64,000 bases of DNA from Andalucia godoyi And28 (GCA_009859145.1 VRVR01000024.1:128749-192748); one strand, 5' to 3'; counted from the first letter of the stretch, positions 9,557-20,533 are shown. Notes: a model not told the origin generated them from the letters alone. Translations and numbers: made by a program.

Positions 9557-10699
9557 TTACGTTTGCACCGGTCTTCTTCCTCCGAGAGGATTGGTAGACT
9601 TCACAGCAGTTGCGATGGTGTTAATACGCCGCACAGAATCCAAGTTCACAGCGCCGAACTTCTCTTCGAGTTTCTTAATATCTTTCAGCTTGATATTGAT
9701 TGCCAAAGCTTCTGTGATCAACCCATCGACATTCAATGACTCCAAGCTCGGTATTTGAAATATGGTAGCCATCCCGTCCCAATCCATCGTACTCTTGATC
9801 CGCTTTCGCAACACGCTGAAGATTGCAAGGGTAAACGAGAACAAGAATGGCCGTCCTTTGATCACATACAGATCAAAGAATCGAATCGCAGTGTCCCACG
9901 GCAGAACATGAAAGAACAGAGTCAGGAACCACGGCAACACAAACATTTGGTATGGATCGAAATCAATGGATTTCATGTGACGAGCCGTCGCCTTGTGGGT
10001 TTTGTTGAGCAATTCTTCTACAATGCGGACTTCTCGCATCACCATTTTAAATTCCGGCTCAAAGTACCCAGCCATGTACCGTTCCGACATTAGAAGCTTA
10101 TGAAACAGCCAGAATGCATCTTCTGTGAGCATTCCGACCTGGATGAATGCGGCCCCGATGAAGTTCATCCCTTGGCAGTATCCAGCAGATTCATGAACAA
10201 CAGCAACAGCTTGTAAGACGTCCGCCAAGTTGTCGAGGCCCTTTCGAGACTGAAAGAGTGGGAAATGGGGAAGCGTGCGGTGCAAGTCTGCACGGACAGC
10301 CACGTCTACTGTGTTGTACTTCGTCAGCACATTTCGCTCATACTCATCCAACGCCGCATGAAAAAGCTTTGGACGCAAAGCGCGTTCCTTCATGAAATCC
10401 GACGAGAAGCACCACAGCCAACAACGAACTCGCGTGTCCATTGTTGCAGCATGCTCGATGATCTGCTTCACAAGATGCGGATACTTCTCAAGCCCTTTGT
10501 CCCGGATTTCAGTCCATTCCTCTAGAATTTCATACAGGAACTGATTATCGTCATACACTGTTCTGGGCTTCCTGTTGAACCAAAATGACGACGAAGATGC
10601 CGAAGATTTTGATCGAACCGACTTTAGCGATGATTCATCCGCTGATCGAGCCATGATATCTCCAACATATTGGCCATGCGGAAGAAATGAAATTGACAT
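9557..10699 (-). CDS. TBC-domain Rab GTPase-activating protein
   Basis: VRADLHRT (Arg finger), GYCQGMN (Gln finger), EDAFWLF, PWFLTLF, RFFDLY. Start placed at MSISFLPHG; the upstream ORF extension is microsatellite. Confidence 0.92.
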   Translation of the reverse strand: MSISFLPHGQYVGDIMARSADESSLKSVRSKSSASSSSFWFNRKPRTVYDDNQFLYEILEEWTEIRDKGLEKYPHLVKQIIEHAATMDTRVRCWLWCFSSDFMKERALRPKLFHAALDEYERNVLTKYNTVDVAVRADLHRTLPHFPLFQSRKGLDNLADVLQAVAVVHESAGYCQGMNFIGAAFIQVGMLTEDAFWLFHKLLMSERYMAGYFEPEFKMVMREVRIVEELLNKTHKATARHMKSIDFDPYQMFVLPWFLTLFFHVLPWDTAIRFFDLYVIKGRPFLFSFTLAIFSVLRKRIKSTMDWDGMATIFQIPSLESLNVDGLITEALAINIKLKDIKKLEEKFGAVNLDSVRRINTIATAVKSTNPLGGRRPVQT

Positions 10700-11079
10700 T
10701 TCCGATCTTCTTCTTCTTCTTCTTCTTCTTCCTCCTCCTCCTCCTCCTCCTCCTACCACCGCGCGCCCAATGCCTCGCTGTAAAGAACGTCTATGGATAT
10801 GAACACACCCAGTATGTATATATTTGCATGTATAAAGACAATCGTACAAGAAAAATTAACAACAAATAAGAAACAGTCATCTCAAAGGCTTGATCAAACG
10901 AAGTGGCATCGATTGGGATTCGTCCGAAACACTGTTTTTCTGTCGACAGCTTTCGACATCAGTGGTGAAGATCGTCCAAAACAAGAAACGATCAGCGCCC
11001 ACTCAGCGCCTCTTTTTCCAAAGCTTGCCGTTGTTCAAAGGCTTCAAGGTTCAGGGAGTTTGCGGGACGGAGGGAGACC

Positions 11080-13017
11080 ATGTTTGCGAAACCACGTGTT
11101 GTTGTATCGAAGAAGAGCAGGCCTCGGTTTCAAAGCGATGAGTATGATGATGATTACGTGGATGTTAATGATTTGTTTGGTCGTCGTCGCTCTCAAAAGA
11201 TACGTGCTGCGCATCTGCATGCTCCACAGCATCTGATTCCTCGAGATGGATTCCACGAGTTTTATCCAAACCCGTTCCCGCATTTTGATGTTTGGGAGCC
11301 CAGTTCCGCAGAACATTCAGTGGAGGAGGACTATTGTGCATCGTCAGTTATGAATCCAGAAGCAAAGTCGGAAATCGGTGCATATCTTGGATTGATTCTT
11401 GACACAATCACTTCTGAATACCCACCGATTAAGTCCATGCATATAGGGGGTCTCGAGTCAGTTTCCCAGTCTGCTGCTTCTTCCAAAAATGGGCTGAAGG
11501 AAGAGGCTCTCGAGGATGATGCATTCTCCGTGTTTGGAGGATATGCGGGGTGTGCGTACTTGTTTTGGAGAATCAGTCGAAAAGCTCTGCGCGGGACGAC
11601 AGAGCATACTCGGCTGTTGAAGCAAGCATACGCTTACATACTGTCTGCGCTGCCGTATGCACGGAAATCGATTGATCTCAACTCATCGCGAACAGTATGC
11701 TCATTCATGTACGGGGAAGTCGGCACCTATGCACTAGCCGCGGCGGTTGCTGCCGACATGAGGCTTTTCGACGATTCAGCTGCATATGCTCGCGTCGTAA
11801 CTTCATTTTATCCTCAGGTGATAGACGATGCATATCCATATTCTGATGTGCTGTATGGTCGTGCAGGATACCTTCATGCGCTACTATTTGTGAATCGGTT
11901 TGCGAGAAACGCAGATGACGCGAGCATTCGTGTTTCTGACCACGGAAGCAGCGCAAATTACGGTGCTGGCGATTGCGACAGCGGGGCCGCGGAGGGGACT
12001 GCGACTGCGACTGCGAGTGAAGACAGTTGGTCGTGGATTGCGCAGCCGGCAGTATTGGAACTCGCATCACAGATTATTGTTCGTGGGCGGTTCAATGCAT
12101 TGTCGATGCCGCTAATTTGGCCTTGGCTGGGCGACATGGTCTTCGGAGCTGGCCATGGTGTTGCTGGCATTTTGAATACGCTCATGAACGTTCCTGGGTT
12201 CATTGTCGATGAAGGCGAGATCCGGTTGTGGCCTGTGAATAAATCACAGGCAGCAGATTCGTCTGTGGCGGCGGCATTCGCACAGGCTACGGTGCCAAAG
12301 GGCATTGAGATAGCGGGAGGCGGCAATGCGAGATCGCCATTGCAAAAGCAGGAGAAAACGGCGTCTCCCTTCCGAGATGCAGGCCGAAAAGGCAAGCCTT
12401 CTGCCGAGCACATCGTGCGTTCCGATGGTGCAAAGCTCATCAAATCTTCGATTGACTACATGCTCGAAAAACAGTACATGACAGGGAACTTTCCTGCAAT
12501 CCTGGGTCAAGATGAGACCCAGGATGTTTTCGTGCAGTGGACGCATGGTGCAAGTGGCTTCATTAGTCTGCTACTGACCGCTTACCGGACTTATCAAGAG
12601 CCAAAGTACTTGCTTGCCGCGCAAAGCGCCGCCGAGTGCGTTTGGTTCCGAGGTCTGTCTCGCGAAAACGTCGGGCTGACATCTGGTATTGCAGGAAACG
12701 GCTACTGTTTCCTGCAAATGTATAGAGTTACGGGCAATCCAAAGTACCTGTACTGGGCGTTGAGCTTTGGTCGGTTTGCATGCTCTGAAGACAGTCAGGG
12801 AGACCTGTGGAAGAATTCCTCTCGTCGATTTTCTCTAGGCGATGGCTTGGCAGGTCTTGGCTGTTTCTTGTCTGATCTCCTGGATTTTGAACATGCTTCT
12901 TTTCCGGGCTATGAATTGGATGAGCTGTGGGCAGCTTCGCTCTCCGATCTTGACTGTCATCCCGATCCCCCATCCCAGCGAAGCCTTGTTGCTCGCGGGA
13001 TAATGCCTGCATCCTAG
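11080..13017 (+). CDS. LanC-like protein (LANCL family) with substituted zinc ligands
   Basis: YPNPF, DVLYGRAGYLHALL, GAGHGVAGIL, QWTHGASG, GLTSGIAGNGYCFL, SLGDGLAG match the LanCL repeat motifs. Confidence 0.88.
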   Translation: MFAKPRVVVSKKSRPRFQSDEYDDDYVDVNDLFGRRRSQKIRAAHLHAPQHLIPRDGFHEFYPNPFPHFDVWEPSSAEHSVEEDYCASSVMNPEAKSEIGAYLGLILDTITSEYPPIKSMHIGGLESVSQSAASSKNGLKEEALEDDAFSVFGGYAGCAYLFWRISRKALRGTTEHTRLLKQAYAYILSALPYARKSIDLNSSRTVCSFMYGEVGTYALAAAVAADMRLFDDSAAYARVVTSFYPQVIDDAYPYSDVLYGRAGYLHALLFVNRFARNADDASIRVSDHGSSANYGAGDCDSGAAEGTATATASEDSWSWIAQPAVLELASQIIVRGRFNALSMPLIWPWLGDMVFGAGHGVAGILNTLMNVPGFIVDEGEIRLWPVNKSQAADSSVAAAFAQATVPKGIEIAGGGNARSPLQKQEKTASPFRDAGRKGKPSAEHIVRSDGAKLIKSSIDYMLEKQYMTGNFPAILGQDETQDVFVQWTHGASGFISLLLTAYRTYQEPKYLLAAQSAAECVWFRGLSRENVGLTSGIAGNGYCFLQMYRVTGNPKYLYWALSFGRFACSEDSQGDLWKNSSRRFSLGDGLAGLGCFLSDLLDFEHASFPGYELDELWAASLSDLDCHPDPPSQRSLVARGIMPAS

Positions 13018-13179
13018 GTGTTTTCCCCCCATCCATTCATTTCTGTTCGCTCAAATTCTCGATCATCCAAAAAGGGTTCATCATCATCATGCACCTGCAA
13101 ACAGTTTGTTTTATTACATAAATCGCGAGGGCAACATTTGCTCGCTGTGTACGCTCCACAGGGATTCGTTCTCCATCTC

Positions 13180-14283
13180 TCAATCAATGAATCGCTGCAA
13201 AAACGCGGCATACTCTCGGACGACAATGTGGGGGACTTCAACATGCGGATAGTGACCAACTCCTGCATCGAAGCACTTTGCTGAGTCTTCGCTCTCGAGC
13301 AGTTTTTGGACTGCGACCGCCATGTTTCGACCGGAAATCTGGTCATCTGGACCTGCAAGATACAAGAAGTTGCTCTTGATCTCACGAAGTGCCTGCTCAA
13401 AGCGTTCATGGAACACCTTGCGCTCGTGCAGCTTGTACAGGAGATCTGGAATTCGTGCATAGCCCTCTCGATAGCACAACAACCCCCAGTATGCATCGAT
13501 CAGAGCGGACGACGGTTTGTTGGCTCCGAATACTCGATTCATTGACCTTCGGAACTGCGCTTTTCCAAACACGAATTGCACCAAAAACTCACCCAACGGA
13601 CTGATCGCAAGAACCTTTTGAATCAGCAATGGTCGATATGCACTTTGGACGATGCCACCGTTCATGATGCATACCGACTTGATAGGCAGTGTCTTTCTCA
13701 CCACAAGTTCTTGTGCAACAGTCCCACCAAAGTCATGTGCCAAAATGTGAATGCGCTTCGATTCCACGTGCAGCCCGAGATGAAACAGCAGCGAAGACAC
13801 CATGTCTGCCTGCACAAATGTCGAGTATTTTCGCAGTGGCGGAAACGCTGCAGCCTGCGGTTTATCCGAGAAGCCGTATCCCAGAAAGTCGACTGCAATA
13901 AACCGAACATTCAGATTACTGGACAACGACGGGTTTGACGAACGACGCCGTCGATTGTCAGCAGCAGCCGATGAGTCGCCAATATGATCGCTCCATTTCG
14001 ACAGGAACGGCTGAAAGTCAAGGCTCGACGTTGGAAACCCATGGAGCAAAACCACAACATCTGAACTGGCAGATCTTCCAGCATCGACAAAGAAAACCCG
14101 GAAAGACGAGTCCAAAAATGCGAATTTGAAGAACTTCCCCTTGTGGAACCATTCATTGAGAGATGCATTCCCCTCCAACAGCTGCTCCATCGTCACAAAT
14201 GGCTGCGTCGATTTCACATACAACAGCACGCCGCTCACTAGCACGAACGCCACCGCCATCCACACAAGCAGCGTCACTTCCAT
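13180..14283 (-). CDS. MEST-like alpha/beta (epoxide-hydrolase-type) hydrolase with N-terminal membrane anchor
   Basis: LLHGFPTSS, DFLGYGFSDKP, AHDFG (nucleophile Asp), NGGI, GHYP (His); hydrophobic N-terminus from MEVTLLVWM (14283). Confidence 0.88.
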   Translation of the reverse strand: MEVTLLVWMAVAFVLVSGVLLYVKSTQPFVTMEQLLEGNASLNEWFHKGKFFKFAFLDSSFRVFFVDAGRSASSDVVVLLHGFPTSSLDFQPFLSKWSDHIGDSSAAADNRRRRSSNPSLSSNLNVRFIAVDFLGYGFSDKPQAAAFPPLRKYSTFVQADMVSSLLFHLGLHVESKRIHILAHDFGGTVAQELVVRKTLPIKSVCIMNGGIVQSAYRPLLIQKVLAISPLGEFLVQFVFGKAQFRRSMNRVFGANKPSSALIDAYWGLLCYREGYARIPDLLYKLHERKVFHERFEQALREIKSNFLYLAGPDDQISGRNMAVAVQKLLESEDSAKCFDAGVGHYPHVEVPHIVVREYAAFLQRFID

Positions 14284-14321
14284 TGTACCTGTTCCGCGTC
14301 TTTTCCATGCGAATGAATCAC

Positions 14322-14355
14322 TGTGTGTGTGTGAGTGAGTGAGTGAGTGAGAGAG

Positions 14356-14391
<36 letters not shown>

Positions 14392-14406
14392 TGAGAGAGA
14401 GTGAGA

Positions 14407-14439
<33 letters not shown>

Positions 14440-14457
14440 TGTGTGTGTGTGTGTGTG
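14322..14457. repeat. Compound (GT)n/(GA)n/(GTGA)n microsatellite
   Basis: Directly visible; lies in the 5' leader of the MEST-like gene. Confidence 0.95.
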
Positions 14458-14727
14458 CAGGAATGGACAAAAATGCTCGGCAAAAGATCTTATCCGACTG
14501 CGGCAAATCAGTGTCAAATGGGCTAATTGTGCAATGCATCATCACATCACGAAATCTTTCTTTCTTTCAACATCTTGTGTCTTCGAGCAATCCTCATGTG
14601 TGTCTGAGCAAGCATCTGCAGTTCACAACTTTGCTTTTTACTGTCGGCAATAACAATCCTTGCCCCAGCTATTCTTTTCTGTGACACACCAAAAACAAAA
14701 AAACAAAAAAACAAACACAAGCGCGGT

Positions 14728-16824
14728 CTACCACTTTCCTCCCTTCTTTTTGGTCTTCTTGCTGTCTTTCCGAATGATCTTTGCATCCGCCGAGATTGCT
14801 GTGACATCAATTTCAACGTGCGCAGGCTGTGCCACGGTTGATCGGTACTGGGAGTTCTTGGGCTTCTTCCCCTTCTTAAAGTAGGATCGTTCCACCAGCG
14901 GCTTCCAACGCTCCGGGTCTGCAGGTCGAGCAGGGTCAATGTGCTTGGCCTTGCGATGGCGAATATGATTTCTCTTTCGCTTTGCAGGCTGCTGCTTTTC
15001 ATCCACAGCACCTGCCGCCAATGAACCATATTCCGCTTGCAAGGGCTGCTGTTGTTGCTGCTGCGTACCGCCCATGGACATTGCAGAGGGCTGTGCAGAG
15101 TGGTAGTCGATGTCGATAGCAGGACGAGAGGAAGCGCGGCTTGCTCGAAGCGAAGCATTTTGGAGGCATTCGTCCACTATCGACTGGTTCACTGCCAGCG
15201 ATGAGGAGGCGACAATAGGAAGCGAAGCCTTTGCATCTGCAAACGAGTTGACCAATGCAACTTGAGCGCTCTCAGCTTCTGAAAGCTGTGTTTCAAGGGC
15301 CTTCCATGCACGAACGGCTGCTGGAAAGTCACCTGCTTGAAGTGCAAGAAACGCACGAGCTCTGGAAAGCCGATCCACGAATGCAGATTGTCTGGGTTTC
15401 TGTTGGCTCCAGAATGCGATTGCCTTGTCCAACACGGCAAACGAATCGGCCAGCCAAGAAGACTGCTTATTTGCCATCTGTTTAAAGATCGAGCAAGAGA
15501 CAGCAACGACTCCAGGGAGATACGCGGCAGAAGGATCTTGCAAGCGATCCGCAGAAATCAGCAACAACGCTTCGTGAAACTTGCGTTGCTGGACCAAGAC
15601 CTGGACCATAAGAAGTGCATCTTCCAAGGGCAGTTTCTGCGTTGAGTCGAGATCCGAGGCGCACAATGCAAATGCCTCGTCAAACTTGGACTGCGCAATC
15701 AACTGCGATGCACGAACAACGCGGATGGTTCGAGACTGTTGCACCGATTCCGGCATGTCTTGTATAGCTGCTTCGAGGGCATCCCACTTTCCAGTTTTTG
15801 CCAAGATGCACGCTTGGTTTTCGTACACCGCTGTCTTTTGATCGGCGTTGAGCTTGGACAAATCGATCTGCGCAAAGAGACTCTTCAATTTCTTCGCATT
15901 ATTCTGCGCTTCATCATCCTGGTTGATCACGAGCAGATTGTTACGGAGCACTGCAATGAGCTGCTTGGAGGAAAGTGACCCACGGGCCAACACTTCACTG
16001 GTCAGTTCTCTGGCTTGCTCCACGTTTCCTTGCACCAGCAATGCGTATGCAAGCTGTGCACTCAGAGGTGCAGTTTCCTGTTGAATCTCGGCTGCCGAGA
16101 GCCCATCATGCGCAAGATTTTCCTCTGCGATCGACAACGCACGACGGATTTCCGAAATTGCTCGACCCAAATGCCCACCAAAGAGGTAAACACACGCGGA
16201 GTTGAACACAAACTCAAACGACGACTTGGCATGCTGCTGCTCGATCTTCCCAAGTTCGGACAACAGGGCTTCCCACTCGCTCCCGTGCATAACATGATGG
16301 GAAGATGTCTTTTCCGCGGATAATGCAGAACCTGATACGAACGCAGAGGATGCAAGAAACGAAGCATGAACCGCTATTGCCCCAGCATAATTCGTTGCAA
16401 ATTCCGCGGAATGGTTGTCTGTAACCTCTCGAAGGGCTTGGATGCAGCGACTCGCTTCAGCAGACACACCCTTCTTGAACACGACCTGTGATTCAAGGAG
16501 TTTCCAGTCGGACATTCTCACAAACGAAGCATTCTGCAGCGACTTCATAACTACTCTTTCTGATTCCACTAGCCTCTCGCTGCGATACAGTGCATACGCA
16601 GAGGAAAACACATGGCTTTCCGTCGGTGAACCGAGCTCAGAAACAAAACCCACAACATTCGTAAACTCGCCTTGCTGAATCAGCGAAGTCAGATACACCT
16701 GCACCAGTTCTCCGTCGGATTTTCCAAACGTCGCAAAGTACGACTCACAACTTTTCTGAACAGCTGCATGATCGCCCGAGTTAACCCCTTCGTGGATCGC
16801 CAGCAACAGTGAGTTTTCGTCCAT
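14728..16824 (-). CDS. SRP72: Signal recognition particle subunit SRP72
   Basis: TPR-like helical repeats and C-terminal RNA-binding motif KRKRNH...PADPERWKPLVERSYFKK. Confidence 0.9.
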   Translation of the reverse strand: MDENSLLLAIHEGVNSGDHAAVQKSCESYFATFGKSDGELVQVYLTSLIQQGEFTNVVGFVSELGSPTESHVFSSAYALYRSERLVESERVVMKSLQNASFVRMSDWKLLESQVVFKKGVSAEASRCIQALREVTDNHSAEFATNYAGAIAVHASFLASSAFVSGSALSAEKTSSHHVMHGSEWEALLSELGKIEQQHAKSSFEFVFNSACVYLFGGHLGRAISEIRRALSIAEENLAHDGLSAAEIQQETAPLSAQLAYALLVQGNVEQARELTSEVLARGSLSSKQLIAVLRNNLLVINQDDEAQNNAKKLKSLFAQIDLSKLNADQKTAVYENQACILAKTGKWDALEAAIQDMPESVQQSRTIRVVRASQLIAQSKFDEAFALCASDLDSTQKLPLEDALLMVQVLVQQRKFHEALLLISADRLQDPSAAYLPGVVAVSCSIFKQMANKQSSWLADSFAVLDKAIAFWSQQKPRQSAFVDRLSRARAFLALQAGDFPAAVRAWKALETQLSEAESAQVALVNSFADAKASLPIVASSSLAVNQSIVDECLQNASLRASRASSRPAIDIDYHSAQPSAMSMGGTQQQQQQPLQAEYGSLAAGAVDEKQQPAKRKRNHIRHRKAKHIDPARPADPERWKPLVERSYFKKGKKPKNSQYRSTVAQPAHVEIDVTAISADAKIIRKDSKKTKKKGGKW

Positions 16825-17158
16825 ATCCTCTCCCTCTTGCTACGATTCTGTCCTTTCCACAATCCCATCCATACGAGAATTGATGGATGTGTGCGTCGGT
16901 CAGCATTAAAAACCAAGAAGGCAGAAAGCCGACTGCAGCGAGTGACGTAGCATCACGTGATTCTTCCCCCTCGTCGTCTTGAAGCGTCAAGTTTTTTTTC
17001 TTTTGTTGAAAAAAAGACTTGAAACGGATAATGAACTGTCATTAAAAAACCAAGCAGCCAAACAGCCAAAACAAAACAGCCCGATTGGCTTGTTGTATCA
17101 AACACATATTGGGTTTTTCCACAATTTCTTTTCCCTTCTTTTTTGCAAGGTAAGTTGA

Positions 17159-17551
17159 ATGAAACTTGTTTGCGTCGTGTATACAGTTCTTCTGCTTTCT
17201 TTTGCGTCTGCGTTTGCTTTTTCTGCTGCTGCTTTTGCTTCTTCTACAGCCGGTGCAAGAATGACTGGGATGCCTGGAGGTCGTCATCCTGTGGATGTGA
17301 ATGACGAAGGAGTTCGCGCTGCGGCTCAGTTTGCAATTGAGCAGATCAACCAGGCGTCGAACAGCTTCTACAAGGGGTCGCTGCACCAAGTAGTCTCGGC
17401 AGAAACACAGGTGGTATCCGGACTCAACTACTTTTTGGTCGTGGATATGCACACGCCGCAGACAAACAGACACTCGAAACACGAAGTCGTTGTCTACCGT
17501 GACTTTTCAGGAAACCACAAGTTCTCCAGTCACCGAGTCATTCAAGACTAG
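17159..17551 (+). CDS. Secreted cystatin (cysteine protease inhibitor)
   Basis: Signal peptide, N-terminal GG, QVVSG (QxVxG) followed by NYFL. Confidence 0.9.
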   Translation: MKLVCVVYTVLLLSFASAFAFSAAAFASSTAGARMTGMPGGRHPVDVNDEGVRAAAQFAIEQINQASNSFYKGSLHQVVSAETQVVSGLNYFLVVDMHTPQTNRHSKHEVVVYRDFSGNHKFSSHRVIQD

Positions 17552-18044
17552 ACAGTCGAGTAGAGAGTATCAACGTCCAGTTCCTGAGGGTTTTTTTTCC
17601 CTTGATCGCATGAGGATCCGTGAATCCATTTTTTCACTGACTGTAGTCACCATATCTCCGCAGGCATCAAGTGAAGCAATGCAACTGAGGTTTGATTCCC
17701 TCTCTGCTTTTTAAAAAATTTACTTATTTACGTTTGCTAATGCAACCGCATTTTTTCCCCCGTTTTCGATTTCCTTTGTATTGATTGTTACGTCGATGCA
17801 TTAGTTTTTTGGTTTCGGTTTTGGTTTCGTTTTTTCTTCTCCTCTTCATAATGGTTTTTAATTTTCCTTTGTCTTTAACGTTCCTTTCTTCTCTCTCTTC
17901 TCCTAATCAAGGACTTCATCTTCCATAGTTTAGTTGATTTTTTTTATTAAATTTATTCTTTTTTATTTAAATTTTAAATTTTCCTTATTTAATTTGATTT
18001 TTAGTGGTGTTTTTGTTGTGGTTGTTGTTGTTGGTCAATTGAGA

Positions 18045-18890
18045 ATGCCAACGCAGGGTTCGACGTCGCTTTTGCACGGGAGTTTCGGAGACTCGACGTT
18101 TATTTCTATTGGAGATCCGTACGACAAGAAGACGAAAGGAGACGAGCGTATCAAGGGGAAGCAGTTTGTGACAAATCCGCCAAAAAAGGGAGTCAACACC
18201 ACAGATGTGCTGTTTGAGAAGCAGTTTCGGTCGCTTTTTGTGGGTGAAAAGTACACGGATCAGTCGGAACTTGAAAGGAAATGGAGAAAAGAGGCGGTGA
18301 AGAAGATGATTGGAAGGGACTTTAGACCCGTTTCAAATCCAAAAAAGAGCGCAGGACCGGGAAACTACATCGGAACGTTTTCAGGAACAATCGAGTACAT
18401 ACCGAGTGGACCACAGAAGGAGTCGAAAAAGGCTGCTGCAGCCGCAGACAAGAAACTGCTGAACTTCCGAACAAACCCACCCAAAAAGGGCGGGTTTGGT
18501 GTGCCGGGAACGACGTTTGAGAAGTTAGTCTATGCACCGGACCCAGGTGCAAAGGCCACAGCGGAGAAGTCGGAGAGTGCGGCTAAGGGAAAGCCGTTCA
18601 AGGCTTCCTTCCCTGTTGTGATGGGCTGCTTCCATCCGAACCCTTATAAGATCGACAAGGAACTTCCTCCAAAGAAGGACAAGTCCGAGAAGAAGGAAAA
18701 GGAAAAGGTTTTCAGACCCACCGCGTCGTCACACAACCTCGGAGGAACAATCAACAAGTTCCCGGAATACAAGCCGGAACCGTACCAAGTGAAGCCAAAC
18801 ACGAAGAAGGACGACAAAGCAAAGGTCTTCCGTCCCGGTGGCGGGTCGCACTCAGGATTCACGCGGTCCATTGCGTACCATGTCCTCTAA
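18045..18890 (+). CDS. Cilia-associated protein CFAP96/C4orf47-like (DUF4586)
   Basis: FGDSTFISIGDPY, GKQFVTNPPKKG, FRSLFVGEKYTD, NFRTNPPKKGGFG, F.K.PEY..EPY repeats. Confidence 0.75.
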   Translation: MPTQGSTSLLHGSFGDSTFISIGDPYDKKTKGDERIKGKQFVTNPPKKGVNTTDVLFEKQFRSLFVGEKYTDQSELERKWRKEAVKKMIGRDFRPVSNPKKSAGPGNYIGTFSGTIEYIPSGPQKESKKAAAAADKKLLNFRTNPPKKGGFGVPGTTFEKLVYAPDPGAKATAEKSESAAKGKPFKASFPVVMGCFHPNPYKIDKELPPKKDKSEKKEKEKVFRPTASSHNLGGTINKFPEYKPEPYQVKPNTKKDDKAKVFRPGGGSHSGFTRSIAYHVL

Positions 18891-18944
18891 ACCGTGTGCT
18901 GAGCTCGCTGCGATTCCTATTTTTGGTGAGTTGAATGATTGAAT

Positions 18945-18967
18945 GATTGAGTGAGTGAGTGAGTGTG

Positions 18968-19005
<38 letters not shown>

Positions 19006-19032
19006 AGTGCGAGTGTGTGTGTGTGAGTGTGT
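18945..19032. repeat. Compound (GAAT)/(GAGT)/(GT)n microsatellite
   Basis: Directly visible downstream of the CFAP96-like gene. Confidence 0.9.
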
Positions 19033-19672
19033 GTTTCGTGGATTGCTTGTTATGTATTGTACCTATTATCGTTCGCCAAGGCTCTGTCAGGCGGTTTTCA
19101 CACGAAGTGAATCGAATGCAACCTGATTTTCCTCTTTCAAGTATGCCGCTTCCCCTTTTTCTTTTGGTAAAGAAGACAACGTTCACCGTCCTCATAGGAA
19201 ACAAACAAACAAAAAAAACGACAAGACAAGACAAGACAGAACTTCATACCATAGCCAACAATACCAAACAAGAAGGCTGCAGCAGCAGTAGGAGTAGTAG
19301 TGGTAGTAGAAGAAAGAGAAGAGGGACAGGATGGGTAATGAATGACTTGTACGACAACAACGAAAGCCTACGAGGAATACAATACACTACGAAAACCGGG
19401 GCCCGAATCTCACCATTGCGATTCGTAAAGGAGACAGATGGGCACACAGCAAAGACAGAGAGCAAGAAGAGAGAGAGAGAGAGAGAGAGGAGGGGGGAGG
19501 GGGAAACACTTGTCAAAACAAGAAGCAAAGAAACCAAGCAGACAGGTGGGGTACACTGGAATAAATGGAAATGAGATCACCACTGTTTTCTTCTCATGAA
19601 AGAAACCAACAGCAAACGAACAACCACTGCTCCACTCGGCAAGTCAGTGCATCCTGGCAAAAAGAGGTTTGA

Positions 19673-20533
19673 CTAGTGGAACTTAACCGGGCGATATTCA
19701 CTCTTGGCAGTTGACTTGTACTCCGGCTTATCGGTATCCTTGAACTCGATGTGCGAGCCGTACTTTCCGACATCCGAGTAAACGGGCTTCGTGCGCTCGA
19801 TCCGACCTCCGTTTGCAGACGATTCATAAGCAGCTTGCTGGGTCGACTTCCACATGTCTGCGTTGCTCGGGACCTGTGCGCCTGCAAATGCCGTAGACTG
19901 TGTCGCGATCTTCTTGACCTTTTCATACTGCACACGTCCGGGATCCGCATACGAGGAATGCGCGGTGGATCCGACGCCATCGGCGGCCAACACGACAGGT
20001 TCCGACACAATGTTCGACTTTCTGCTTTGCTGCATCAGCTTTTCCTTGACCATCTTTGGAGAGTGGTCGATTGGTGCATTCACATCTTTTGCATACGTCA
20101 CCTGGCTGTTCGATGCAAGATCCGATGCCCACTGCTTGCAATCCGACTCGGACGCCCACAGCTGCGATCTGCGCGAATCTGCAATCGGGGACTTTGACTT
20201 TTCCGAAGCATTTGATCGGCTCGACGAGTCTCCACGTGCCGATCCATACGCAGACATTGCCTGTGACCGCATCGGCTGATCTTCCTGCCCAAGCACAAAG
20301 TGCGTGCGTCCCGCATCTGCCTTGCGCATCGCATAATCTGCCTTGACGCCATGTGCAGCTGCAGCCGCCGCCGCATTTGCCTCACCTCCATACGATGCCT
20401 TCGAGGTCGACTCAAGCGATCCGCGCCACTCGGCCTCCGCTGCTGCATCATGCCACTTGTACGTCGACGCTCCCTTGGAATGCGGGTTGATCCGCTCCGG
20501 AATATCAGCAACTCGCGTAGGTGGACGACTCAT
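19673..20533 (-). CDS. Hypothetical protein with repeated (S/T)xxxxxY motifs; candidate ciliary microtubule inner protein
   Basis: 286-aa hydrophilic ORF from MSRPPTR; motifs STSKASY, SQAMSAY, STAHSSY, STQQAAY, STAKSEY. Confidence 0.6.
   Translation of the reverse strand: MSRPPTRVADIPERINPHSKGASTYKWHDAAAEAEWRGSLESTSKASYGGEANAAAAAAAHGVKADYAMRKADAGRTHFVLGQEDQPMRSQAMSAYGSARGDSSSRSNASEKSKSPIADSRRSQLWASESDCKQWASDLASNSQVTYAKDVNAPIDHSPKMVKEKLMQQSRKSNIVSEPVVLAADGVGSTAHSSYADPGRVQYEKVKKIATQSTAFAGAQVPSNADMWKSTQQAAYESSANGGRIERTKPVYSDVGKYGSHIEFKDTDKPEYKSTAKSEYRPVKFH

Noticed and set aside
14283-14517. N-terminal ORF extensions rich in SL/TH/ER repeats (also seen for the TBC, CBS, CFAP410, GH31 and SIN3 ORFs)
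   Set aside because: Translations of 5' microsatellites or AT-rich leaders; downstream ATGs match the family N-termini.
19017-19574. 185-aa ORF between the CFAP96-like and Mn-motif genes
   Set aside because: Built largely from microsatellite and A-rich tracts in a convergent 3' region; no coding signature.
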